From a virus: a DNA stretch of 43,045 nt. The stretch's first letter is position 1. Each line of letters opens with the position of its first letter. A model generated the notes under the pieces. It searched no databases. It saw only the letters and a list, made by a program, of their open reading frames with translations, and had not been told where the DNA came from. Below, piece by piece: positions 16,591 through 22,936 of the stretch. A program made the position numbers and the translations under genes. The stretch lies in IMG/VR virus record IMGVR_UViG_3300046739_000127. One strand, given 5' to 3'.

Positions 16591-16622
16591 AAGAAAAAGG
16601 CCCCCGCCGCGAGGCGAGGGCC
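16591..16622 (-). terminator. Rho-independent terminator (leftward)
   Basis: In minus sense: GGCCCTCGCC-tcgc-GGCGGGGGCC followed by TTTTTCTTG. It lies 9 nt after the stop of the 78-aa gene. Confidence 0.6.
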
Positions 16623-16630
16623 GAAGGGAG

Positions 16631-16867
16631 TTAGAAGCTCAGGTCTGCGGTCTGGTTGACCTCAACCGGGATATCCCAGCGCCGCAGCAGATCGGCCAGG
16701 GCTTCGGCCTGCGGCTTTGTCATACGCGATTGCGTCCGCTTATACAGATCAGGTTCAATCCGCTTCATGAGTTCGTGAAACTCTTTCCGCTTTTTGCCCT
16801 TGATCGAATAAGCAACGTTGACCGTGTAGTAGTCACGGCTAACCGCGATAGTCCTGTTGGACTTCAT
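16631..16867 (-). CDS. 78-aa basic protein in a low-GC patch (moron)
   Basis: Frame of ORF 16631..16876 from ATG 16867 (MKSNRTIAVSRDYY...KGKKRKEFHELMKR). A hand count gives 26/60 GC for 16741-16800. Has its own promoter and flanking terminators. Confidence 0.65.
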   Translation of the reverse strand: MKSNRTIAVSRDYYTVNVAYSIKGKKRKEFHELMKRIEPDLYKRTQSRMTKPQAEALADLLRRWDIPVEVNQTADLSF

Positions 16868-16870
16868 GTA

Positions 16871-16878
16871 GAGCATCC
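16871..16878 (-). promoter_or_regulatory. Start-associated box GGATGCTC (8 of 9)
   Basis: In minus sense: ttaGGATGCTCtacATG. Confidence 0.5.
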
Positions 16879-16923
16879 TAACTTGTCAAAGACCTGGGTC
16901 GGGCCAATCCCGCCCATGCGACT

Positions 16924-16952
16924 ATTATAGCACACTTCGATAACTACTTCAA
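16924..16952 (-). promoter_or_regulatory. Sigma70-type promoter TTGAAG-N17-TATAAT
   Basis: In minus sense: TTGAAG (16952-47), a 17-nt spacer, then TATAAT (16929-24). About 55 nt upstream of ATG 16867. Confidence 0.6.
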
Positions 16953-16969
16953 TATGCTCATTGTTATCG
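16938..16969. promoter_or_regulatory. Inverted repeat CGATAAC-N18-GTTATCG bracketing the -35 of the moron promoter
   Basis: Read directly. Confidence 0.4.
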
Positions 16970-17027
16970 TTGCTCGATGCGTAACGGTGACACCGGGTTC
17001 ACCGAACGACGTTCTGAGACAGGCAAC

Positions 17028-17072
17028 AAAAAGCCCCCTCAGCGCATCGGGGGGATGATGCTGAGGGGGCTT
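17028..17072 (-). terminator. Rho-independent terminator (leftward), ending the recombinase operon
   Basis: In minus sense: AAGCCCCCTCAGC ... GCTGAGGGGGCTT (12-13 bp perfect stem, structured 16-nt loop) followed by TTTGTTG. About 55 nt after the stop at 17125. Confidence 0.7.
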
Positions 17073-17124
17073 CAAGGGGCTCCGCAGACTGAGAGGTCGG
17101 CAGAAGGTCGGGAGGTTGTGCCCT

Positions 17125-17397
17125 CTACTGAAGGTTGTCAAGGCGCAGCCTGGGCGTGCCGTCCCGGTTGGTGTCGGCGCAGAACACCGGGACGCCTGGG
17201 CGGGTCGCCCAGATCACGAAATAGCCGAAGCCCGGCAGCGGCGGCGCGGCGATGCTGCCCAGGACAAGGCCTATCGTCCCGTCTGGCGTGGCGTCGCCCG
17301 GCTGACTGTTGACCTTGCAGACCGGCGTCCCGTTTGGCCACGCGCCGGGCGCTTCCTCGGTGGTGAAGATCACGGCCATAAGCTCGGAATCCTTCAT
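17125..17397 (-). CDS. 90-aa hypothetical protein
   Basis: ORF track. ATGA overlap with the upstream HTH gene. Last gene before the terminator. Confidence 0.6.
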   Translation of the reverse strand: MKDSELMAVIFTTEEAPGAWPNGTPVCKVNSQPGDATPDGTIGLVLGSIAAPPLPGFGYFVIWATRPGVPVFCADTNRDGTPRLRLDNLQ

Positions 17398-17825
17398 GGC
17401 TTCACCTTGGCCCGGTGGGTCGCCAGTTGCTTGAGGGTCGCGAGCTTGAGCCTGTCGCAGGCCAGCCAGTAGTCGGCCGGGATCGCGTCACGCCGGACCC
17501 AGGACTTCGCCGTGCCATAATCGACGCCCAAAGCCTCGGCAAGCTCGCCGACGCCACCAGCCCGGTCAGCAATTTCCTGGGTCAGCGTCCGAACCTCCTT
17601 AAACCACGGCGGGTCGGATTCGTCGCCGAACGTCAGCCAGCAGCGTGACACCTTCAGGGCCGCCGCACATAACTTGCAGGCCTTAATGGTCATCGAGCCG
17701 GTCTTCTCCCACTGGGTATAGGTCGAAATCTTGAAGCCGTGGGCGAGGGCGAAATCCTTCGCCGTCTCATATCCGGCGTTGATCCGCGCCTGATGCAGCC
17801 GGTCTGCGAGCGACAGGTCGATCAC
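17394..17825 (-). CDS. 143-aa dual-HTH regulator: XRE-type HTH plus a Cro/YdaS-like HTH
   Basis: GTG 17825 overlaps the upstream stop (GTGA). N-terminal half: LADRLHQARINAGYETAKDFALAHGFKISTYTQWEKTG. C-terminal half: RAGGVGELAEALGVDYGTAKSWVRRDAIPADYW, paralogous to the Cro-like protein at 8011. Confidence 0.8.
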   Translation of the reverse strand: MIDLSLADRLHQARINAGYETAKDFALAHGFKISTYTQWEKTGSMTIKACKLCAAALKVSRCWLTFGDESDPPWFKEVRTLTQEIADRAGGVGELAEALGVDYGTAKSWVRRDAIPADYWLACDRLKLATLKQLATHRAKVKP

Positions 17826-18733
17826 AGCTTCACCTTGTAGCGTTTGTTCGCGAAGCCCTCGGCGACCTCGCCCCGGATGAACGGCCGCCACCAGTAAATC
17901 CCGGTCTTCCTGATCTTGAAGTGGCCGCGAACGGTATGCGCCCGGTGCCCTGATCTGGAATGCCCCGCCCCGGCCTCAGCGCGCGCCCTGGGGCCGATGC
18001 GAAGGGTTAGCTGGTGGTAGTCTACCAGCGGCGGCTTCCCCCGCTCTGCGCGGCTCTTATTGAGCTTGGCGGGCGCCGGGCGAAATTCGGAGCTTGCGCC
18101 GTTCTTCGCGTTGAGCAGGGCCATCACCGCCAGCCAGAACCACGGCTCGCCAGCCCAGTCGTGGTTCGCGTTGCGGCCTAGCTCCTCGGCAAGTTCAGGA
18201 GCCGTGGCGGCGATCTTCAGCATCGTCTCGCGCCAGTAGGGCGCAATGGTCATGGTCAGCAGGAAGGGTTCGTTAAGCTCAGGGTCCGGTTCGTCACACC
18301 AGATCGACACGCCAGCCGGACAGATCGAAAGCGGGCTATCGAGGCCCTGGGTCAACTGGTCGGCGGTGCTGTAGCTCCAAGCCAAGGTCGCCCAGAACCG
18401 CTGCGGGTTGTCGCCCTGCTGTTCACAGAGGATGCCGACCCGCACCGGCTGAAAGGTGCGCCCGCCCGAGTGGTTCGGGCCATGGGTGAAGGCGTCGGCG
18501 AAAAACGGCCGATCCTGCTGGGCAATCTCTAGCCAGCAGATCGGATAAGGCAGGCGGCAGAACGGCAGGGTGTCGCGCACGGCGGCTCGCGGCATGTCGC
18601 CCGCGACCTCGCCGATTGAGCGATCAAGGGTGAACTTGTGCGCTTCCCTCAGCCGCGCCTGATAGGCCCCGAGCCTGCCGAAGGTCATTTCGGAAAGCTC
18701 GGGGTTCGGCTCTAGCAGTTGATCGGCCAGCAT
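17822..18733 (-). CDS. 303-aa protein of unknown function (C-terminal basic motif HTVRGHFKIRKTGIYWWRPFIRG)
   Basis: ORF track. Ordinary composition. Start and stop overlap both neighbours. No family recognised. Confidence 0.75.
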   Translation of the reverse strand: MLADQLLEPNPELSEMTFGRLGAYQARLREAHKFTLDRSIGEVAGDMPRAAVRDTLPFCRLPYPICWLEIAQQDRPFFADAFTHGPNHSGGRTFQPVRVGILCEQQGDNPQRFWATLAWSYSTADQLTQGLDSPLSICPAGVSIWCDEPDPELNEPFLLTMTIAPYWRETMLKIAATAPELAEELGRNANHDWAGEPWFWLAVMALLNAKNGASSEFRPAPAKLNKSRAERGKPPLVDYHQLTLRIGPRARAEAGAGHSRSGHRAHTVRGHFKIRKTGIYWWRPFIRGEVAEGFANKRYKVKL

Positions 18734-19335
18734 CAGGCAGCCTTCAGATCGGCGGCTTCGGCGCAGTAGCGCTTGACGGTCGAAACCCCGATTCCGAACT
18801 GCCGGGCCGTGGCGCTGATAGAGGCGTCATGCTCGCGCCGCCACTGGGCGACGGTCTGAGCGTCGGCCGACACCGGGCGGCCAAACCCGGCCTTGCCGTT
18901 GTGCGTCTTGCCGGTCGCCAGTAGCGAGGCCTTCGCGACCTTGATCCCATATTGCGACCGTTCCCAGATGCGGCGGCGTTCCATGTCGGCGACCTGGGCC
19001 AGCACCGCCAGGACGATTTCGCCAGCGCCCCGGCCGATGGGGCCAAGGCCTTTCACGTCAACGATCACGCCCGAGTCGATGAGGGCGCGGACGGTGGTCT
19101 GAATGTCGATGGCGTCCCGCCCCAGCCGGTCAACGGCCGCAACGCAGATCGTGTCGCCGTCGCGGGCCTTCGCAGCCATGGCGCCGAAGCCCGGCCGCTT
19201 GAGCATCGGGATCACGCCTGAGACGTTCTCATCATGGAACTCCAAGGCGTCCTTGCCCAGGACAAAGCCAAGCTCGGCGCGCTGGGCTTCGATGGATTGG
19301 TCAGCGCTGCTGACCCGGTAATAGGCGAATCTCAT
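18733..19335 (-). CDS. Small serine recombinase (resolvase/invertase type, 200 aa)
   Basis: N-terminal YYRVSSADQS (catalytic Ser), VDRLGRD, and a C-terminal HTH (ISATARQFGIGVSTVKRY). Confidence 0.92.
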   Translation of the reverse strand: MRFAYYRVSSADQSIEAQRAELGFVLGKDALEFHDENVSGVIPMLKRPGFGAMAAKARDGDTICVAAVDRLGRDAIDIQTTVRALIDSGVIVDVKGLGPIGRGAGEIVLAVLAQVADMERRRIWERSQYGIKVAKASLLATGKTHNGKAGFGRPVSADAQTVAQWRREHDASISATARQFGIGVSTVKRYCAEAADLKAA

Positions 19336-19595
19336 CGGGCGGTTTCCTCAACGATAAACTCGATTTCGCGCCGCGCCTGATTCAGCTTGCGGCGCTGGTC
19401 AGGCGTCAGCTTTGACCCGCTGCGAACGTCGGCGCTCAGCGACATGGCGTTGCAGTAGATCGCCTCGATTATGGCCTCGGCGGCAGCGGCGTGGCGCTCG
19501 CGCTGTTCCTCGCTCATTGGCTGGGTTCCTTGTGGCGCGCGGATCGGGCCGCCGCAGCAGCGGCAGTAGGGCTGGGTTGGGCTCTTGAAGGTCAT
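19332..19595 (-). CDS. 87-aa hypothetical protein (CRCCGG motif at the N-terminus)
   Basis: ORF track. Overlaps both neighbours. Confidence 0.6.
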   Translation of the reverse strand: MTFKSPTQPYCRCCGGPIRAPQGTQPMSEEQRERHAAAAEAIIEAIYCNAMSLSADVRSGSKLTPDQRRKLNQARREIEFIVEETAR

Positions 19596-20059
19596 TAGAT
19601 CGCGCCGTTCTGAATGCGGTCGTAGACCTCGGCCAGGGCCGCGTCGGGCACGTCGGCGAGGGCTTCCACGGCCGCCACCTTGACGGACAGCAGGGCCGCG
19701 CGAACGGCCTGAGCCTTGCCCCTGATCGTCTCAGCGGTGCGGTCGGCGTCGTGGGCGGCTTTGGCGGCGAACGCGGCCGTGGCGAGCTTGCCCGCTGCGA
19801 CCTTGGCGCTGGCCTCGGCGACCAGCGAAGCCCACGGCTCGGCGTTGGCGTCGTGGTAGGACATGCCCGCACCGGGGCCGCGCCGGATCGTCGCGCCGCG
19901 CTGAAAGATCGTCGGTCGATTCCGGTAGGTCGAACCGCCAACCTCGGTGATCTGGTCGCCGTTAACCTTGGCTTGAAACCAGTAGGAGTTTCCGTTTTCG
20001 TCGGACCAGCCGACGCGCAAGCGTTGGCCGGGCGAGGCCTCGATTGAAAATTCGGTCAT
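19595..20059 (-). CDS. 154-aa hypothetical protein
   Basis: Frame of ORF 19595..20137. The start was moved to ATG 20059 (MTEFSIEASPG) because the upstream part contains the promoter and the GGATGCTC box. Confidence 0.65.
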   Translation of the reverse strand: MTEFSIEASPGQRLRVGWSDENGNSYWFQAKVNGDQITEVGGSTYRNRPTIFQRGATIRRGPGAGMSYHDANAEPWASLVAEASAKVAAGKLATAAFAAKAAHDADRTAETIRGKAQAVRAALLSVKVAAVEALADVPDAALAEVYDRIQNGAI

Positions 20060-20065
20060 GAGAAA

Positions 20066-20073
20066 GAGCATCC
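20066..20073 (-). promoter_or_regulatory. Start-associated box GGATGCTC (8 of 9)
   Basis: In minus sense: aaaaGGATGCTCtttctcATG. Confidence 0.5.
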
Positions 20074-20108
20074 TTTTCGTCGCCCGGCCCATCGCCGAAC
20101 GCATCCCC

Positions 20109-20137
20109 TTTATAGGCCTAGCCCATAACCACGTCAA
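20109..20137 (-). promoter_or_regulatory. Sigma70-type promoter TTGACG-N17-TATAAA
   Basis: In minus sense: TTGACG (20137-32), a 17-nt spacer, then TATAAA (20114-09). About 50 nt upstream of ATG 20059. Confidence 0.6.
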
Positions 20138-20157
20138 TCGGCGAATTATGGGCTAGG
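20117..20157. promoter_or_regulatory. Perfect 12-bp inverted repeat CCTAGCCCATAA-N17-TTATGGGCTAGG bracketing the -35
   Basis: Read directly (20117-28 and 20146-57). The same arm sequence recurs at 25848-88. Confidence 0.6.
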
Positions 20158-20181
20158 ATGCGACATTGTGCGCGAACGGTG

Positions 20182-20436
20182 TTATTCGAACGAGGCCTGT
20201 TCCTCGGCGATCAGGTAGGCGAAGACCGCCTCGGCGACTCCTTCGCCATCCTCGCCGCTCAGCGAGCCGGGCAGCGCGACTAGCTCTAGGGTCGGTTCGG
20301 TGATGACGCAGAGCGGGCGGCCGTTCTTCTCGACTTCCAACACGCGAACGGAATAGGGCAGTTCGCGGCTCACCCTGTAGACCGCAGCGGGCTTGCGGCT
20401 GAGGTCAGGCGCGAGGCTGGGCGGCTGGCGGCTCAT
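20182..20436 (-). CDS. 84-aa hypothetical protein
   Basis: ORF track. ATGA overlap with the upstream gene. Confidence 0.6.
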   Translation of the reverse strand: MSRQPPSLAPDLSRKPAAVYRVSRELPYSVRVLEVEKNGRPLCVITEPTLELVALPGSLSGEDGEGVAEAVFAYLIAEEQASFE

Positions 20437-20846
20437 TGGCTTTTCCAGCGCTGGTCGGCCGCCTCCTGAAGCTCGGTGAGGCTGCGGCCGTTCTCGGTAA
20501 GCGTGCGGGCGATCAGGGCGACGTGCGGGCCGCGCCGGATCGACTCGTCGGTGTTCGGGCCGGTGAAGTCGCGATAGAGGGCCGCCAGGGTGTCCAGCGG
20601 ATCGTCGCGGCGCTCGGCGTCTTCGACGGTGACGCCAGCCCGCGCAAGGTTCCGCACTAGCTGAGCGTCGAGGACCCTGAACAGGCCGGGCAGATCGCCA
20701 TCGGTAGCGCCGGGCGGGTCGTCGCCGAAGTTCAGCGGGTGGGCGCGGCGGTCTAGCCGCTCCATTATGCGGTCCATCTGATAGAGCATGTCGGCCCGCC
20801 AGATTTCGCGCATCGACTCGAATTGTTCGGCTGTGATCGTTTGCAT
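20433..20846 (-). CDS. 137-aa hypothetical protein
   Basis: Frame of ORF 20433..20855. The start is taken at the second ATG (MQTITAEQ), 8 nt after AAGGA. Confidence 0.7.
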   Translation of the reverse strand: MQTITAEQFESMREIWRADMLYQMDRIMERLDRRAHPLNFGDDPPGATDGDLPGLFRVLDAQLVRNLARAGVTVEDAERRDDPLDTLAALYRDFTGPNTDESIRRGPHVALIARTLTENGRSLTELQEAADQRWKSQ

Positions 20847-20877
20847 ACTGAGCATCCTTGTTCGGTGAACGGGGTTA
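20847..20877 (-). repeat. Intergenic cassette copy 1
   Basis: In minus sense: TAA-CCCCGTTCACCGAACAAGGATGCTCAGT-ATG. Confidence 0.8.
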
Positions 20878-21054
20878 GGCGGGTTGCAGGTTGGCGGGTC
20901 TGGCGTCGAACCAGCTACCGTCGTTATCCCAGCGCAGCGTAACGACGTTACGCGACTTGACCGGGCGAATGACGGTCCCCGATTGGCCAGTGCGACCGTG
21001 GGCGGCGCCGGTGTAGGTCACGCGCTGGCCTTTGCTGAATTGATCTAGCGACAT
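20875..21054 (-). CDS. 59-aa hypothetical protein
   Basis: Frame of ORF 20875..21063, second ATG (MSLDQFSKGQ). Confidence 0.6.
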   Translation of the reverse strand: MSLDQFSKGQRVTYTGAAHGRTGQSGTVIRPVKSRNVVTLRWDNDGSWFDARPANLQPA

Positions 21055-21084
21055 GGTGAGCATCCCTTTCGGTGACGGTGGTTA
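21055..21084 (-). repeat. Intergenic cassette copy 2
   Basis: In minus sense: TAA-CCACCGTCACCGAAAGGGATGCTCACC-ATG. Confidence 0.75.
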
Positions 21085-21306
21085 GGAGAACGCCGGTTCG
21101 CCGCCCTTCGGCAGATCGGCAAAGGTGATCGACGCCAGGAAGGCCCGCAAGTCGCGAAGCTCCCCGCCGCGCGCTGTCGCGGCCTTCTGGTCGCGCTGCG
21201 TCCGCGCGTGCTTGGCGTCCGATGCAATGTAGGTCAGGCGCCGGTCGATTTCGGCCAGCACTTCGGCGCGGAAGGCCTCGCCGGTCTTCGAGTCTGAGAT
21301 AACCAT
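21082..21306 (-). CDS. 74-aa hypothetical protein
   Basis: Distal part of ORF 21082..21468 from ATG 21306 (MVISDSKTGEAF). The Arg/Ser-rich extension was rejected. aaaGGAtcgcagacc lies upstream. Confidence 0.6.
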   Translation of the reverse strand: MVISDSKTGEAFRAEVLAEIDRRLTYIASDAKHARTQRDQKAATARGGELRDLRAFLASITFADLPKGGEPAFS

Positions 21307-21322
21307 GGTCTGCGATCCTTTC

Positions 21323-21601
21323 TCAGTAGCCGTGCTTCTGGGCGAACGCCGTGATCTGGTCGATAGCGGCCTCGCTGATTGTCGGGCCGTCATCGAACCG
21401 GCCTTCGCCTTCAAGGCAGGCGAGCGAGTTCGTATGGCCGCCGCCCGGTGACGTGACCCAACAGTCAACCCAAGCTCCGCGCTGCGGGTCGTTCGGGTCG
21501 CATTCGGCGGTCAGGCTGACTGTGTAGCGGCCCACCTTGGAGTCGCCTTGCGGCAGGTTGGTGGCCAGCGCGAGGCGGGCGGTTTCGAGGGCGTCGGGCA
21601 T
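21323..21601 (-). CDS. 92-aa hypothetical protein
   Basis: ORF track. Preceded by GGATGCTCAacag. Confidence 0.65.
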   Translation of the reverse strand: MPDALETARLALATNLPQGDSKVGRYTVSLTAECDPNDPQRGAWVDCWVTSPGGGHTNSLACLEGEGRFDDGPTISEAAIDQITAFAQKHGY

Positions 21602-21605
21602 CTGT

Positions 21606-21614
21606 TGAGCATCC
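21606..21614 (-). promoter_or_regulatory. Start-associated box GGATGCTCA
   Basis: In minus sense: aaacaGGATGCTCAacagATG. Confidence 0.6.
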
Positions 21615-21716
21615 TGTTTGAGCTTGGGGCGTCGCCCCGGTGTGAGACTGTTCTAACGCGCCTTGCCTAGGCCCGCAACCTCTAAAGTGCTGCGGGCCAT
21701 GCGACAAACTGTCAGG

Positions 21717-22259
21717 CTAGGCCTTGCGTGACAGGGCCAGAAGGGACACCGGGGCGCCCGCCTTGCCCGGCTCAAGCGGGCCGCCAGCCGGGTCTGCGAT
21801 CCCCCAGGGCTCGCGGCTGGTCGCGGCGCTGATCGCACATTCGCGAAGCGCCTTATAGGCCGCGTTCGCCCAACACGATTCCCAGTCGGAAACCTCGCAG
21901 GACTGATAGGCGAAATAATCGGCGTTCTTGATCATCGCCAGCGGCTCGTGATCGGTGTGCGCGTGGCGGAAATCGGCGACCCACGCCGCATCGGATTCCG
22001 GGTCGGCGTGCGCCGGGTAGCGTGCGTTCAGCGAGTCGAGGTTCGCCAGCACAAGCGCGCGGCCGAACTCGTCGGGGTAGGTCTTGACCCAGTTCGAATT
22101 GAGCGGCGAAGGCCCAGCGCGGAGCAGATGCTTAAAGGCCTCAGGGTGGCGCTCCATCATGGCGACCGGCGGTCGCGGAACGGTGTTGTAGGTGTCCCAT
22201 CGCATCGCGGCGGAAACCAGCGCGCGAATGTGGGTCGTCGAACATTGGTTGGCAGACAT
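21717..22259 (-). CDS. 180-aa hypothetical protein (YFAYQSCEVSDWES motif)
   Basis: Frame of ORF 21717..22268, second ATG (MSANQCS). Resembles a recurring phage/plasmid family of unknown function. This is from memory and unverified. Confidence 0.7.
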   Translation of the reverse strand: MSANQCSTTHIRALVSAAMRWDTYNTVPRPPVAMMERHPEAFKHLLRAGPSPLNSNWVKTYPDEFGRALVLANLDSLNARYPAHADPESDAAWVADFRHAHTDHEPLAMIKNADYFAYQSCEVSDWESCWANAAYKALRECAISAATSREPWGIADPAGGPLEPGKAGAPVSLLALSRKA

Positions 22260-22290
22260 TTTGAGCATCCTTGTTCGGTGAGGGTTGTTA
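22260..22290 (-). repeat. Intergenic cassette copy 3
   Basis: In minus sense: TAA-CAACCCTCACCGAACAAGGATGCTCAAA-ATG. Confidence 0.8.
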
Positions 22291-22530
22291 TTCGGCGGCC
22301 CAGACAGCGCGCCAGCGGTAGCAGTTGAACGTAACCGACTTCGCGTTGCGGCGCGGCCGGGTCTGCCACCACGCCCAGCGCGCGGCGACTGTGGTCATTT
22401 CCGGGTCACGATAGGCCACAACGTCTAGGCAGCGCTTCGCCATTTCCGGGTCGCGTTCGATGACAACGCGGTCGGTCGTAGGTTCGTGACGCAGGTAAAG
22501 CGGCAGGAGTTGGAACGGGCGAGAGGCCAT
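22288..22530 (-). CDS. 80-aa hypothetical protein
   Basis: ORF track. Preceded by cassette copy 4. Confidence 0.6.
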   Translation of the reverse strand: MASRPFQLLPLYLRHEPTTDRVVIERDPEMAKRCLDVVAYRDPEMTTVAARWAWWQTRPRRNAKSVTFNCYRWRAVWAAE

Positions 22531-22564
22531 AGGGTGAGCATCCTTAGGTCGGTGAACGGGGTTA
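22531..22564 (-). repeat. Intergenic cassette copy 4
   Basis: In minus sense: TAA-CCCCGTTCACCGACCTAAGGATGCTCACCCT-ATG. Confidence 0.8.
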
Positions 22565-22678
22565 TTCGAAGCGTTCGGTGTTCGGCGAGTCGCAGAAGGG
22601 ACAATCCCCCCGGCTGTCGTCGTGATCGGCGAAAAGCTCCTCGCATTCGAGGCAGCGGCGAAGCGGCTGAGCGCTCAC
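22562..22678 (-). CDS. 38-aa zinc-ribbon-like micro-protein
   Basis: Not in the ORF track. GTG 22678 overlaps the upstream stop (GTGA). Translates to VSAQPLRRCLECEELFADHDDSRGDCPFCDSPNTERFE (CxxC...CxxC) and ends in the TAA of cassette 4. Confidence 0.45.
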   Translation of the reverse strand: MSAQPLRRCLECEELFADHDDSRGDCPFCDSPNTERFE

Positions 22679-22842
22679 CGCGCGGGCGCCGTCGTCTGGT
22701 GGAAATCGGAGGCGGCGACGATATCCTGCACCTCAAGCAGGCAGAGCAGGTAGCCTGCCCACTGGGCGGCCAGGGCGTCGTTTCCGGCCTGTTTGTGCGC
22801 CATGGCTTTCGCGAGGGCGCGGGCGATTTCGGGGCGGTTCAT
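22675..22842 (-). CDS. 55-aa hypothetical protein
   Basis: Distal part of ORF 22675..23055 from ATG 22842 (MNRPEIARALAKAM). The upstream part overlaps ardC and is Arg/Pro-rich. Confidence 0.5.
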   Translation of the reverse strand: MNRPEIARALAKAMAHKQAGNDALAAQWAGYLLCLLEVQDIVAASDFHQTTAPAR

Positions 22843-22875
22843 TCGGGTTGTCCTCGGTTCGTTTTGTCTAAAGGC

Positions 22876-22904
22876 ATATTGGGCTAGGTAGGGCGCCCCG
22901 TCAA
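22876..22904 (-). promoter_or_regulatory. Sigma70-type promoter cTTGACG-N17-CAATAT
   Basis: In minus sense: TTGACG (22904-899), a 17-nt spacer containing CCTAGCCC, then CAATAT (22881-76). Confidence 0.55.
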
Positions 22905-22936
22905 GCTCGAAAGCTGCGACAGGGCGCCGCACCGGC

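Noticed and set aside
19595-20137. Upstream extension of the 154-aa gene to ATG 20137; similar extensions 1344-1379, 6452-6583, 21307-21468, 22843-23055 and 33223-33432
   Set aside because: These extensions overlap promoters, cassettes or neighbouring genes and are Arg/Ser/Pro-rich. The internal starts have SD-like context or stop-start overlaps.
21663-21697. Plus-strand partial late-element-like string TTGCC-N7-GCAAC, and an 8-bp hairpin GGCCCGCA-N13-TGCGGGCC, inside the leftward block
   Set aside because: Only the first 5 nt of the 12-mer match and the spacing differs by 1 nt. It points against the local genes. It may be a leftward terminator-like hairpin, but no U-tract follows, so I did not call it.
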